Positions 1-9,883 of a stretch of DNA of 64,000 bases are shown in pieces. A model generated the notes under the pieces. The model worked only from the letters and a program-made list of their open reading frames with translations. It made no database searches and was not told where the DNA came from. A program made the position numbers and the translations under genes. The first letter of the stretch is position 1; every line of letters begins with the position of its first letter. The stretch lies in the IMG/VR virus record IMGVR_UViG_3300028045_000001, positions 124,001 to 188,000 of that record. The stretch is one strand, 5' to 3'.

Positions 1-2
1 TA

Positions 3-188
3 ACGGAGGGATCGGAAAAAGAGTTCGTGGAGAACTATCCAAAAGCGAGTGCCTGGAATCCTTTGGGCAAAGTACTTATGGCAAAGGACGTTGCAGAAGT
101 GGTCGTCATGGTGGACAATTGCGCAGCTATCAATGGGCAAAATATATTGGTAGATTATGGACACTCTATCGTGCAGAAAGAATTTTAA
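3..188 (+). CDS. 3' end of a short-chain dehydrogenase/reductase (SDR)-like protein, paralog of the next gene (5'-truncated by window)
   Basis: Frame 3 reads ...NPLGKVLMAKDVAEVVVMVDNCAAINGQNILVDYGHS..., which aligns with CPLDRTLMPEDVGDVVAMIDACKAISGQNIRADYGQH at the end of 258..974; TAA at 186-188. Confidence 0.8.
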   Translation, partial: TEGSEKEFVENYPKASAWNPLGKVLMAKDVAEVVVMVDNCAAINGQNILVDYGHSIVQKEF

Positions 189-257
189 AGTTAGAAGCGC
201 CCATAGTCATGCTGTACTCTGTTATTAACTTTTTTCGTATAAGGAGTAAAAAGGACC

Positions 258-974
258 ATGCTAAACAAAAAGGTAGCTATAGTTACCGGTGCCTCAAAGA
301 TGCGACCGAATATTATAAACAATGCCATAGGTAGGGCGTTGTCTGACAGGTACGATATAATAACGATAGATAAACATAGTGGAGATATTCAAATAGAGAT
401 ATCCAGGGAGAATCAATTTGAGTTGTTGAATGCGATCAATGACAAATTGAAGGGTAGGCCAGTCTGGCTGCTAGTTAATGCAAACGCCATCCTTACATGC
501 GACGAAAAACATCCGCCACATAATAAGTTATTTCCAAATCATAGCTTCCCTTACCTCATAATGTATGATATATTAATGAATAATGGATTATTCGTTAAAG
601 CGGGATTTAAGCCGATACATAGTGTGATCAATATTAGAAGTGCATTTGCTGACGCCATTCAGAAAACCACTCATAATGACACTATGGTAAAGGCGGTAAT
701 AAATGGGTTCACATATAAATTGGCAGCTGAGGGGGTGCGGTGCAATACTGTATCTATAGGGCCGGTTTTAATGAGGACTACTTCACAAAAATTGACGGAT
801 GAAGAAATTAAAATGCTTTATCTTCAAATTAAAACATGTCCTCTAGATAGAACACTTATGCCGGAGGACGTTGGAGATGTGGTAGCTATGATAGATGCAT
901 GTAAAGCTATCAGCGGGCAAAATATACGTGCCGATTATGGCCAACATGTATCCAACAATAACTTACATAGATAG
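258..974 (+). CDS. SDR-family oxidoreductase-like protein (divergent)
   Basis: N-terminal KVAIVTGAS Rossmann start, LLVNANAI, VINIRS, LAAEGVRCNTVSIG and ISGQNIRADYG are SDR hallmarks; AAGGA RBS upstream. Confidence 0.8.
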   Translation: MLNKKVAIVTGASKMRPNIINNAIGRALSDRYDIITIDKHSGDIQIEISRENQFELLNAINDKLKGRPVWLLVNANAILTCDEKHPPHNKLFPNHSFPYLIMYDILMNNGLFVKAGFKPIHSVINIRSAFADAIQKTTHNDTMVKAVINGFTYKLAAEGVRCNTVSIGPVLMRTTSQKLTDEEIKMLYLQIKTCPLDRTLMPEDVGDVVAMIDACKAISGQNIRADYGQHVSNNNLHR

Positions 975-1051
975 AGAACTCGTACCTATGTATCGCCATA
1001 ATGGCGTAACGGAATCTGATATTAATTTACCACAGGTTGATAAAATAAGAG

Positions 1052-1483
1052 GTGAATACTGTGAAAGGAATTAAGCACAAGCATGACGACATTCGATTTC
1101 TAAAGGCAATCATAGAAGAAAATGCAATAGAAGAACATTGGTCATTTATTGATAAGTTGTTTTCTGAAATCATCAATAAGCGGCACGAGCTATTCTATGC
1201 GAAAAAGGCAGACCCAATTGAGTTTAACGTCACTATGTATTCTTCGGGCACGGATGGCTTTTTAGAATTATCATGTAAAATAATAGGGGTGCTGTATGAT
1301 AGCGAGTACAATAGCTCCAAATTATGTGTGGACATAGATGGGATTGTTTCGAGCTTGGACACAACTATGATCCTTTCTATAGATGGCACCCCATTCCATA
1401 AATGGCTTGGACAATGTCATTTAAAATTAATAGAAAGCATGAGAGCACAGTTGGACGAAGAAGTAGTTAACTTTTTTATATAA
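1052..1483 (+). CDS. hypothetical protein
   Basis: 143-aa ORF, GTG start after AAGAG; co-oriented in operon. Confidence 0.6.
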   Translation: MNTVKGIKHKHDDIRFLKAIIEENAIEEHWSFIDKLFSEIINKRHELFYAKKADPIEFNVTMYSSGTDGFLELSCKIIGVLYDSEYNSSKLCVDIDGIVSSLDTTMILSIDGTPFHKWLGQCHLKLIESMRAQLDEEVVNFFI

Positions 1484-1520
1484 TTTAAAATCCATCTATT
1501 TAGTATAAAGGAGACTTGTT

Positions 1521-2108
1521 ATGAAGGACTTTACATCATTGGAGAATGAGCTACGCAGATCGGAAGAAGTAGTCTCAGAACATAAAGCTCAATTACTTGT
1601 GGCAGAAGAAGCACAGGTAATACTATTTGGACAGTTTAAGCTTCGGGAATATAAGTTATTTCGTGGTATCGTCAAATATTTTCTACTTAACGAATTTATT
1701 CGCGAGTGGACAATTACCACAAAGGTAAATGGCATTTATAAAACTATATCTGGGATAATGCTTGGTACAAGTACCGCAAATGAGTTGTATGTTCGCAATA
1801 CCGATGTCGCATGCACTTTCCCAACTTGGATACCGATGCACTCGATAACCACAATATCAGGATATAAGATACTCGATTGGATTAAACGATACTGTGAAGA
1901 AATCGAAATCCACAAAATGGCTCGAGCGATAGCGAACCGCCCCGTTCCAATTGGAACTAAGATCGCATATTGTTCAGGTAAGGATAAATTAAAATTCGTG
2001 TATCCGATATCGTACGCCGCAACCCATAAAGAAAAGCTTACAGAAGAGGCTGTCGATATATCGAGTGTACTTTATGCTACAGTGTATGAAAGATATGCAA
2101 CCAAGTAA
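1521..2108 (+). CDS. hypothetical protein
   Basis: 195-aa ORF with AAGGGAG RBS, followed by a hairpin terminator. Confidence 0.7.
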   Translation: MKDFTSLENELRRSEEVVSEHKAQLLVAEEAQVILFGQFKLREYKLFRGIVKYFLLNEFIREWTITTKVNGIYKTISGIMLGTSTANELYVRNTDVACTFPTWIPMHSITTISGYKILDWIKRYCEEIEIHKMARAIANRPVPIGTKIAYCSGKDKLKFVYPISYAATHKEKLTEEAVDISSVLYATVYERYATK

Positions 2109-2121
2109 AGAACCTCATTCC

Positions 2122-2149
2122 GGGAGCTGTGTTTAGCAACACAGCTCCC
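2122..2149 (+). terminator. intrinsic terminator-like hairpin
   Basis: GGGAGCTGTGTT-tagc-AACACAGCTCCC 12-bp stem; T-rich tract about 17 nt downstream. Confidence 0.65.
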
Positions 2150-2249
2150 TCCGTTTAGAGTGTATTGTTTTTTTTTATTTAAGTGGGCTCAAGCAAATAA
2201 TATACATCCAGAATTAACAAATCCTGTAAACTTTTAGGAGGAACCATAT

Positions 2250-3977
2250 ATGTCCAAACCATCCAGTGATAATGATTGGGCTGTCCTACATACGTTTAGA
2301 TTTCACTTACCGAGATCTAAGGGTGGCGGGGAAGTAGTCAAGGTCTGCTTTCAGAATGTAATTACTAATGAGACTAAGATAGAGTACATTAAAAATCCAA
2401 AAAGAAGTTTCTGGATAACTAAGCCAGAATTCCGCGATAAACGAAGCCCCAGATATTTTAATTATAATAAAGAGTGTGAAAAATTAAGTAATCTAGATGA
2501 GTACAAATGCTATAATTATGAATTAAAACCGACCATACGTAAAGTACTGGGACTACCTCCTGTTTGGAACGAATGGAAGAGTGACCTATTTAAAAACCCA
2601 CATGTGTTTGGGGCAGACATACCTATAGAAGTCCTAATAAAAAAATACTATAATGAAAAGTGTAGTGGACGAATATCAAAAATTGCATTTGGATCACTCG
2701 ACCTCGAGACCTCAGTGTTACCCCAAACGTTCGAGCAAATAATAATCTTTTCGTTTGTAGACCATAATAAAAATCTTTATATTTCAGTGTATAGGCCATT
2801 TATAAAGGATGCAATGGTCGACGATGAAGTTACTGCACATGTCAATAAGTTATTGGATAAATTAAAAACTAAAGAAATGAATATAAAAATATTCGTTAGT
2901 TATTTTGACACAGAAGCGGAAGTTATAAAGGATGGGCTTAAAAATTTACATGAGAGTAAAGTGACTATATGTGGCATATGGAACATTGACTTCGATATAC
3001 CGAGGCTATTTAAACGCATGGGTGCGCTTGGATTAAACCCTACCGATCTATTCAATTCTCCGGATACTCCGAAAGAATATAGGACCTGGGAGTACGTCGG
3101 CAATGGTACAAAGATCATTATGGCGGATGACTTAAGCGTCAATATACGTAGGGACCAGACAAAGAAAAAGAAAAAGGGACACATAATGGATAAGTGGCGA
3201 CTGTTGTTGACTGGAAGTAGGGTGGCGTTTATTGACAGCGCATTACTATACGCCAGGGTCAGGAAAACATCAGAGCGCAAGGCATCGTATAAGTTAGGGT
3301 ACACCACGGAACAAGAATTAGATATGAGCAAATTGCAATTTCCACAGGGATTGGATCACTTTGAGATGCAAAGAGATAACTTCACGGATTACATCGCATA
3401 TGGTGGACTGGACCCTGTGTTAGTATTGTTGTTGGAATTAAAAAATAAAGATGTTCTCACTTTACTGGGCGATATCGGGAATAGCCGCCTACGCGATTAT
3501 GCATACCCAACCGTAACACTCAGGGACGACCTCCACGGGTATTATCTATCCAACGATCTGATTGGTGGATGTGCTGGTGGGGATATGTCGGGAAAATTTG
3601 ATGAGCACCTACATTCTAGGGGCGGTGCCGTGCTCCCAACAGATAGATTCAATGGTACCGGACTATGTGTTTTAGAGGAAGCCCCCGAAGTAGAGACCCT
3701 AATTCGTAGAGCAGTGGGCGACCTAGATGTGAAAGCAATGTACCCAACTATAGCTGATAAGTTTAATATTAGTAAGGGCACCAAAGTCTCAACATGTATA
3801 GGCATAGAAGGGTGTGGAAAAGATATCATTGTCCAAGAACAAACAATGGAGAAATGCTTTGGATGGATGACTTCCCCGAAAGCTAACGCGATCTTATTCT
3901 GTAACGAGTTCTTTAATCTTCCAAATACCACAGAGATGCATAGCGTGATCGATCAGCATTTAAATAAGATTCAATAA
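2250..3977 (+). CDS. split family-B DNA polymerase subunit with 3'-5' exonuclease (phiKZ gp50-like)
   Basis: ExoI SLDLETS, ExoII WNIDFDIP, ExoIII YIAYGGLD, PolB motif A DLDVKAMYP near the C-terminus with no motif B/C; N-terminal RSFWITKPEFR; position upstream of chimallin as in phiKZ. Confidence 0.85.
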   Translation: MSKPSSDNDWAVLHTFRFHLPRSKGGGEVVKVCFQNVITNETKIEYIKNPKRSFWITKPEFRDKRSPRYFNYNKECEKLSNLDEYKCYNYELKPTIRKVLGLPPVWNEWKSDLFKNPHVFGADIPIEVLIKKYYNEKCSGRISKIAFGSLDLETSVLPQTFEQIIIFSFVDHNKNLYISVYRPFIKDAMVDDEVTAHVNKLLDKLKTKEMNIKIFVSYFDTEAEVIKDGLKNLHESKVTICGIWNIDFDIPRLFKRMGALGLNPTDLFNSPDTPKEYRTWEYVGNGTKIIMADDLSVNIRRDQTKKKKKGHIMDKWRLLLTGSRVAFIDSALLYARVRKTSERKASYKLGYTTEQELDMSKLQFPQGLDHFEMQRDNFTDYIAYGGLDPVLVLLLELKNKDVLTLLGDIGNSRLRDYAYPTVTLRDDLHGYYLSNDLIGGCAGGDMSGKFDEHLHSRGGAVLPTDRFNGTGLCVLEEAPEVETLIRRAVGDLDVKAMYPTIADKFNISKGTKVSTCIGIEGCGKDIIVQEQTMEKCFGWMTSPKANAILFCNEFFNLPNTTEMHSVIDQHLNKIQ

Positions 3978-4065
3978 GAGGTTAGTCACCTACCAACATA
4001 GGCTGCGCAGCGCAGCCTATGTTGGGTATAAATATTTTAGTCTATTATAGTATACAAGAATATGT

Positions 4066-5157
4066 TTATACCATGTTCTTTAGTGCCTCCTGTATCTCAT
4101 TTTTTAAACTTCGAACATTGTTGTTAGCCCATACTTTATTATTTCTGGCCTTGTGTAGGTATAGATCAAGCGCTTTCCTAAATTTAATGTTGAATCCCAT
4201 ATCAAATTGGGCTTCACCTAATCTACTCATAACCGATAACAGCGGTTCGAATATTAAAAACTCTATAGCCATATTTTGACGGGTATCGGCCATAGTCCAG
4301 TCTTCTATAAGATCGCCATATAAATCGATGTACGATTTCCCATTTATCCATTTAGTGGACAGCCAGTCGGAACTACTCCAACTATTTAAAAATACGCTAT
4401 CAATGGATTCATCTAAGAAATTTATTGCGGCATCGAAATTATTAACCAATGATGAACTTGGCTTTATAGGGGACTGATCATACACAATGGATTTAATGAG
4501 ATTCTTTAGATACACTTCAGTACTATCCTGTATTAGTCCTCGAAATTCTTCTCGTATAAACTGCTCCCTCATGATAGATAAGTCATACCGGTCACTGGCG
4601 TTATAAAATTTTATAAACTTCATACATAATACAAAAATATCTATGCCAATGATAATGTATGATGGAGTTTTATCGTTAGTGCCAAAATTAAGATTAAATC
4701 TAAATGACTTTGGAAGATGGTAGCTGTTGTGGGCAAGTATTTTTATTGAAGGGACTGTTTTCCATACATCATATCCATACCCTATAGGCAATGATATGAT
4801 GGGGTTTGTTCGGGAGGTTGGTACAAGATACTCCTGTACTAACTTATGTAACTTAACGAACTTACTTGCCTTTGGCTGTACATTAAAAGCATCAGAAAAT
4901 AGTTTGGTGAATTTATCATGGTTGCCAATAAAGTAACCAAAGTACTTGTCAATGTCGTCAGCCATGGGGAGTACTACATCTAGTTCTATGTTGGATAGTA
5001 TTAGATTCAAAAGATCATATGCCAAAGTTCTTTCCAAAGCACTTTTGTCATATCGCTTAGAAATAAGCTGCTCTGTTCTTAGGTTTAACGTGGCTATAAT
5101 CTCATCCCATTTGGTTATAGTTCTGGTTCTTCCTTTTTCGACAGGTAATTGAAACAT
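4066..5157 (-). CDS. conserved phiKZ-like protein, probable virion protein (gp52-like by synteny)
   Basis: 363-aa minus-strand ORF between the DNA polymerase and chimallin genes; GAGGT RBS. Assignment by position only. Confidence 0.5.
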   Translation of the reverse strand: MFQLPVEKGRTRTITKWDEIIATLNLRTEQLISKRYDKSALERTLAYDLLNLILSNIELDVVLPMADDIDKYFGYFIGNHDKFTKLFSDAFNVQPKASKFVKLHKLVQEYLVPTSRTNPIISLPIGYGYDVWKTVPSIKILAHNSYHLPKSFRFNLNFGTNDKTPSYIIIGIDIFVLCMKFIKFYNASDRYDLSIMREQFIREEFRGLIQDSTEVYLKNLIKSIVYDQSPIKPSSSLVNNFDAAINFLDESIDSVFLNSWSSSDWLSTKWINGKSYIDLYGDLIEDWTMADTRQNMAIEFLIFEPLLSVMSRLGEAQFDMGFNIKFRKALDLYLHKARNNKVWANNNVRSLKNEIQEALKNMV

Positions 5158-5323
5158 TATGGTTACCTCGTTAGGCTATTAGATTGTTGGTTATATTATT
5201 ACCAATAGTTTGGAGCTGTATAAAAAAAATAGGGCAGTGTGTCATTGAATAAAGGATTCAGTATGTCGTCCTTTTTGGTATGTGGCTGGCGTAATTTATA
5301 TATTCTCATTAATAAATTGTTTA

Positions 5324-5338
5324 TATATTACGTCTATG
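5324..5338 (+). promoter_or_regulatory. phiKZ-type early promoter upstream of putative chimallin
   Basis: TATATTAC at 5324-5331 followed by N4-ATG; TATATTAC is the established phiKZ early (virion RNAP) promoter motif. Confidence 0.7.
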
Positions 5339-5381
5339 AGATAACATCGATGTATTCTTATAAACTTAAAAATGGTAAAAG

Positions 5382-6992
5382 GTGAAATCTATGATGAACA
5401 TGCATGGAATGAATGATGGTAAGAAACCCGCTTCATCTTCAGGTGGAGTAATTGAGCCGGAGATCCGTGGGCCAAAAATGAAAAGTGGCCTTACTGGGGA
5501 CGGTGGGATGTCCAGTGCTGCTGGATTGTCAGCACTTAAAAGTCAGTATAAGACAACCTCCTCACTGAATCCTGATGGGATGACTTTTAAAGAAAACTTA
5601 ATTAAGAAATTAAAGGAGAGTACGTACGAAGGTACAAGTGTTCCAGTCATGGGAAAGGAGCCAATAACTGCAACAATTCCGCAAGTCGGTGAAGTATTGT
5701 ATCTAACAGGAGACAATAACAACACTTTCGTTATTATCTTCAAGACAGGATTCAATCAATCCTTCGAGCCACCAACTCGACATTTAAACAAGGTGGCAGA
5801 AAAATTACACGAGTATCATCCAGAGTGTGTATTGTTCAACGTATTGTTGGTGGATCCAGACTCGTATAGTCGCCTTGAAAGCACGTACATGTACGTATAT
5901 AATTGTTTTGTTAACACAAAGAAGGGAGCTGTCAGACTAACTCTATCAAACGTTGCGTCTCAGCATGACTTTAAAGATAAGACAATAATTCTTGACACAA
6001 ACATTCACAGTGTAAGAAGAGCTCTTGATGAGATGAACTCTCCAACCACTGTATCTCCGAGAGTTGATTATGGATGTGTTATAAAATACGTTACAAAATC
6101 AAACCGATACGGTGAGGCAGATGATCTGGATAATGCAGATACTCTGGCGGTAATTGGAGCATTTACAGATTTTATTGAGCAGGGCAGTCCAACTCCAGGG
6201 AGACCCAGCATTATCCCAATGGTCACAATAACGACTATTGAAAGTCCATTTCTTCAAAGAGAACTGTTGGCGATGTACATCCCGATCGCAGTCCAGGAAT
6301 TTTTAAACCAGTACCAATGGTTGGGTCCGTATACAAAGTTCACTAACAGCGATGTGTCTCTTGCACCATTGGTAAATGATCCTACATTTACTGTACAGAG
6401 CATGACCGATGTACAGGAAATTGTACAGTATGTTCTAACAAAACCAGAACTTGCAATTGAGGTATCCATTGGTCGACCAATGTTGCCCGGTATTGCATCC
6501 CTCGTTTACGATGAACAAGGTCTGTACAAGGTGCTCACTGAATTCATAGGTGAAACAGATGTCGAAACAGCGAGACTGTGTACCAGAAAAGTAAGTGAAT
6601 TTACTGGAGTTCTTTTGACTCAGGGGGATCCACCAATGGATACAAAGTGCGTCGATTATCTCGCATTGGCACAGTCCATGAGAAATGAGGATACTTTGGA
6701 TCTGTTGAAGCGGTACACTGATCCACGTGTAAGGGTGAGTATGCTTCGTAAATTATATGGAGACGACGCAGTCGATATACGATACGACTCCACTATATGT
6801 ATTCTGGATCCAGTGGTTGTAAAGAATCTTGGTAGAATTGTATTGCCGGCGCTTGGGATCACAAGTATCGGTGGCGGTAAGAACAATCATCTTGGATTTG
6901 CAGGTTTAGGTCTTGGATCTTACGAAACGTTGCCGCATGCTGGGTCGCATCAGGTAGATATTCATAATACGTCCCTGCTATATAACTTCTAA
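5382..6992 (+). CDS. chmA: putative chimallin, nuclear shell protein (phiKZ gp54-like)
   Basis: 536 aa directly upstream of the nvRNAP beta' N-terminal gene (gp54-gp55 synteny); low-complexity Met/Gly/Ser N-terminal tail and Gly-rich C-terminal tail; preceded by an early promoter. Confidence 0.7.
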   Translation: MKSMMNMHGMNDGKKPASSSGGVIEPEIRGPKMKSGLTGDGGMSSAAGLSALKSQYKTTSSLNPDGMTFKENLIKKLKESTYEGTSVPVMGKEPITATIPQVGEVLYLTGDNNNTFVIIFKTGFNQSFEPPTRHLNKVAEKLHEYHPECVLFNVLLVDPDSYSRLESTYMYVYNCFVNTKKGAVRLTLSNVASQHDFKDKTIILDTNIHSVRRALDEMNSPTTVSPRVDYGCVIKYVTKSNRYGEADDLDNADTLAVIGAFTDFIEQGSPTPGRPSIIPMVTITTIESPFLQRELLAMYIPIAVQEFLNQYQWLGPYTKFTNSDVSLAPLVNDPTFTVQSMTDVQEIVQYVLTKPELAIEVSIGRPMLPGIASLVYDEQGLYKVLTEFIGETDVETARLCTRKVSEFTGVLLTQGDPPMDTKCVDYLALAQSMRNEDTLDLLKRYTDPRVRVSMLRKLYGDDAVDIRYDSTICILDPVVVKNLGRIVLPALGITSIGGGKNNHLGFAGLGLGSYETLPHAGSHQVDIHNTSLLYNF

Positions 6993-7016
6993 CCTACATT
7001 TAAACACGAGAATACC

Positions 7017-7050
7017 GCTGTAGGGTAAGGCAATTGCCTTACCCTACAGC
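7017..7050. terminator. perfect 34-bp palindrome, probable terminator
   Basis: GCTGTAGGGTAAGGCAA|TTGCCTTACCCTACAGC followed by ATAATTATTTTTTT. Confidence 0.7.
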
Positions 7051-7088
7051 ATAATTATTTTTTTAAATACACACATTGGAGCGCGCCA

Positions 7089-8546
7089 ATGCAGACTAAA
7101 GTATTCAATACGAATGCACAGTATAAGAGTGATCCGAATGCATCTAATCTGTTTACTGATTTAAATCTAGGGTCACATACAATAAGTGCAGTAGATCTAA
7201 TAGTAACCCTCTTTGGTCATAACAAAGAGGAGCTTGATTTCGAAGCCTCTTGCGTATGTGGTCACTTAGAAGGTAACTTCTTTACGGAACCGACTGAGTG
7301 TCCAAAATGTAAGAGTAAGGTAAAGACTCAATTTTGCGATGAGCTTAGCTTTAGAGGTTGGATAGATATAGAGGGTATATTGGGAACACCTGTACTACAT
7401 CCTGTTGCGTATAGTTGGCTAAGTGGTTGGATGGGTAATATTAAAAAGGTCCCAATCATAGACATGCTATTAGATGTTGATGCAGAATTACCAGAAGAAC
7501 TGTCTGAATTAAAACAAGGGTATAATTATTTTTATAATAACTTCTGGAAGATCATAGAATTTTTTGAAAATACGAAATCCAAAAGAAAGCCAGTATCTAT
7601 AAGGCCACATTTGAGTCTTCTTGGGGACGATGTATTCGTATCTAAATTACCGATTCTAAATGGGGCACTGCACATCATGACCCATTATGGAAAAATGCGA
7701 TTGGCGGACAATACAAGCAAGTCAATAGTATCGGCACTTACGGAATTATCAGATGTCGTGTATAAAAATTCTACTTCAATAGTTAAGGATTCATATATAG
7801 ATAGCAGACTATGGTCTATATATAAATTGTACCTGCAATATACCAAAGATGTAGCTAAAACAAAAATCTATCAGAAGGGGGGAATTAATAGAAAACACTT
7901 ATTGGGCGGGAGGCTCCATTTAACTTTTCGAGCAGTCATAACCCCTATAACAGTACAGCATTCCATGGACGAACTGCACCTCCCATGGAAGATAGGCGTC
8001 ACTGGGCTAAAGTTAGAGATTCTAAATATATTAACTAAACGCATGAAGTACTCTATGGAGGATGCGGTTAGAATACATGCCGAAGCTATAGTTTCTTATG
8101 ATCAACGGGTCTCGGATGCATTGGATATATTAATAGACGAATCTCCGTTTAGAACTATGACAGGCAAAAAGGGATTATTTGTACTATTTGGACGTAACCC
8201 AGTTTTACAGTACCTTTCAATAATGGCATTTGTTGTAACTACAATTAAGAAAGAAGTTAATGATGAAACTATTGGTGTTTCAACTACGGTGGCTAAGTAT
8301 CCGAACCTTGATTTCGATGGGGATGAATTGTTCGGATTGTTTATCAAAGAAGTTGACGAAGCACGGTTATTTGAAAATCTAAAACCATACAATGGGGTAG
8401 CAGATAAACAGAAGGGCGGCATAAGTGATATGTTGAGATCACCTCAACCGATAACTCATCACTTGAATGCATTCATTCGGTCTGACGTCTGCGATGCACG
8501 CTGGTTATCACTGCGCTCTGTGGAGACGGATGGGGTAAGTAAGTAG
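7089..8546 (+). CDS. non-virion RNA polymerase beta' N-terminal subunit (phiKZ gp55-like)
   Basis: Zn site CVCG...CPKC, GGRLHLTFRAVITP, GRNPVL, catalytic PNLDFDGDEL. Confidence 0.92.
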   Translation: MQTKVFNTNAQYKSDPNASNLFTDLNLGSHTISAVDLIVTLFGHNKEELDFEASCVCGHLEGNFFTEPTECPKCKSKVKTQFCDELSFRGWIDIEGILGTPVLHPVAYSWLSGWMGNIKKVPIIDMLLDVDAELPEELSELKQGYNYFYNNFWKIIEFFENTKSKRKPVSIRPHLSLLGDDVFVSKLPILNGALHIMTHYGKMRLADNTSKSIVSALTELSDVVYKNSTSIVKDSYIDSRLWSIYKLYLQYTKDVAKTKIYQKGGINRKHLLGGRLHLTFRAVITPITVQHSMDELHLPWKIGVTGLKLEILNILTKRMKYSMEDAVRIHAEAIVSYDQRVSDALDILIDESPFRTMTGKKGLFVLFGRNPVLQYLSIMAFVVTTIKKEVNDETIGVSTTVAKYPNLDFDGDELFGLFIKEVDEARLFENLKPYNGVADKQKGGISDMLRSPQPITHHLNAFIRSDVCDARWLSLRSVETDGVSK

Positions 8547-8576
8547 GTAACTATCGGATACCGATGGGTTGTATAC

Positions 8577-8945
8577 GTGATTAGATATATGTCTAATCAC
8601 GTATGCTGCGAATACTTACGTATTGAATTCAAACTGTCAAATGAACGATTGGGGGGCATGATGACAGCATTGTTATTTAATAGCATATTGAACGATGTAA
8701 TAGTCAATCTATTTATAGTGTACACACTATCAATGGCGGCGATAGCTATCAGAATAAGGATAATAAATAAGCTAATTGATAGGTATCCAATGCGGCTTGA
8801 GCGACATCTTGTATCAGACCTTAGTAGAGATCTGTTACTGCAGATTAAACTTGAGAAAATAAAATACTGTATCACTAAATCATTCTGTATAATTTCGGTA
8901 GTTCTTATAGCATTAAAACTTTATGTATTAAAACATCACCTGTGA
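8577..8945 (+). CDS. hypothetical membrane protein
   Basis: Two hydrophobic stretches (VIVNLFIVYTLSMAAIAI; FCIISVVLIAL); true start may be a downstream ATG. Confidence 0.5.
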   Translation: MIRYMSNHVCCEYLRIEFKLSNERLGGMMTALLFNSILNDVIVNLFIVYTLSMAAIAIRIRIINKLIDRYPMRLERHLVSDLSRDLLLQIKLEKIKYCITKSFCIISVVLIALKLYVLKHHL

Positions 8946-8996
8946 TAACTTCATTATCCGTAAACTTAGACGTAACTAAGGAGACATGGTATTAAA

Positions 8997-9284
8997 ATGC
9001 AATTATATGTAATGTTGATGTACCTATTGACTTGTGTCGCAACGGCATCTTTTATGATAGGCTACACTGTGTGGTTTTATAGAATCAGAACGTATATAGA
9101 GGGTAACTTATATTTCATCGCTTCAAATTATAACTTGCCGGAGCAAGAGCGAGCTATGTACGATAGGATGGTAGGGATAGGTAAGGAATTAAAAATATCA
9201 CAAAATAAGATAGATCTATACATGTTCCTTTTTATAGGCACCTATAATTTACATTACTGGCAATTGGGAATAAGTCTGTCTTGA
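8997..9284 (+). CDS. hypothetical membrane protein
   Basis: AAGGAG upstream; hydrophobic N- and C-terminal segments. Confidence 0.55.
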   Translation: MQLYVMLMYLLTCVATASFMIGYTVWFYRIRTYIEGNLYFIASNYNLPEQERAMYDRMVGIGKELKISQNKIDLYMFLFIGTYNLHYWQLGISLS

Positions 9285-9340
9285 TATTACTGCGCAATTG
9301 AAATGATTGCAAAATATAATTTTCATACAGTTTTTATTTA

Positions 9341-9355
9341 TATATTACCGTTATG
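9341..9355 (+). promoter_or_regulatory. early promoter
   Basis: TATATTAC-cgtt-ATG with upstream T-tract. Confidence 0.7.
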
Positions 9356-9385
9356 AAGTAATAGTATCAATCATAAGGGGGTGTA

Positions 9386-9883
9386 ATGTGGGTATCGCAC
9401 AATTGTCAAATATTAACATATGATCATAAATTAAATAAATGCAAAACATTTATTATAGATGATTTATATAACAAGGATAATTACCACGAAGTAATGATAC
9501 AGAGTGACAAAGGATGGGTCCAATTAGAAGAACTATTGTTCACTGGTTTAAAACTGTCCGTTGAAGCATCAACAATTAACGGCCACCGGATTACTATTCC
9601 AACCGATGGGTATTTGATAGATGCTGGATTTGATCCGATCTGCGCAAACAGAATGCGGGTCGGGTCACATGTAGTAATAGATAGCGGAAAATCTAATGGG
9701 TCGTTGTGCCAATCGTATGGGTTAGATGGAATTATATCAATCAAAAAACTGGGGTATATCCATACCTATTCGATCTGCATTGGGGGCATAACTCACGTAT
9801 CAATAAACGATTTTTTGATACCGTCTATGTCCATTGAAGTTAGAGATCTGTACAATATTGGCATGTATCAAATAATAGAATAA
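9386..9883 (+). CDS. standalone Hint (intein-like) domain protein, catalytic residues degenerate
   Basis: VSHNCQILT (block A-like), GWVQLEELLFTGLK..VEAST.NGHRITIP (block B-like), RMRVGSHV, IISIKKLG..HTYSICIGGITHVSINDFLI (blocks F/G-like); no N-terminal Cys/Ser, no TxxH, no terminal HN. Confidence 0.55.
   Translation: MWVSHNCQILTYDHKLNKCKTFIIDDLYNKDNYHEVMIQSDKGWVQLEELLFTGLKLSVEASTINGHRITIPTDGYLIDAGFDPICANRMRVGSHVVIDSGKSNGSLCQSYGLDGIISIKKLGYIHTYSICIGGITHVSINDFLIPSMSIEVRDLYNIGMYQIIE

Noticed and set aside
9386-9883. Active intein
   Set aside because: No host extein, no N-terminal Cys/Ser/Thr nucleophile, no block-B His and no C-terminal Asn.
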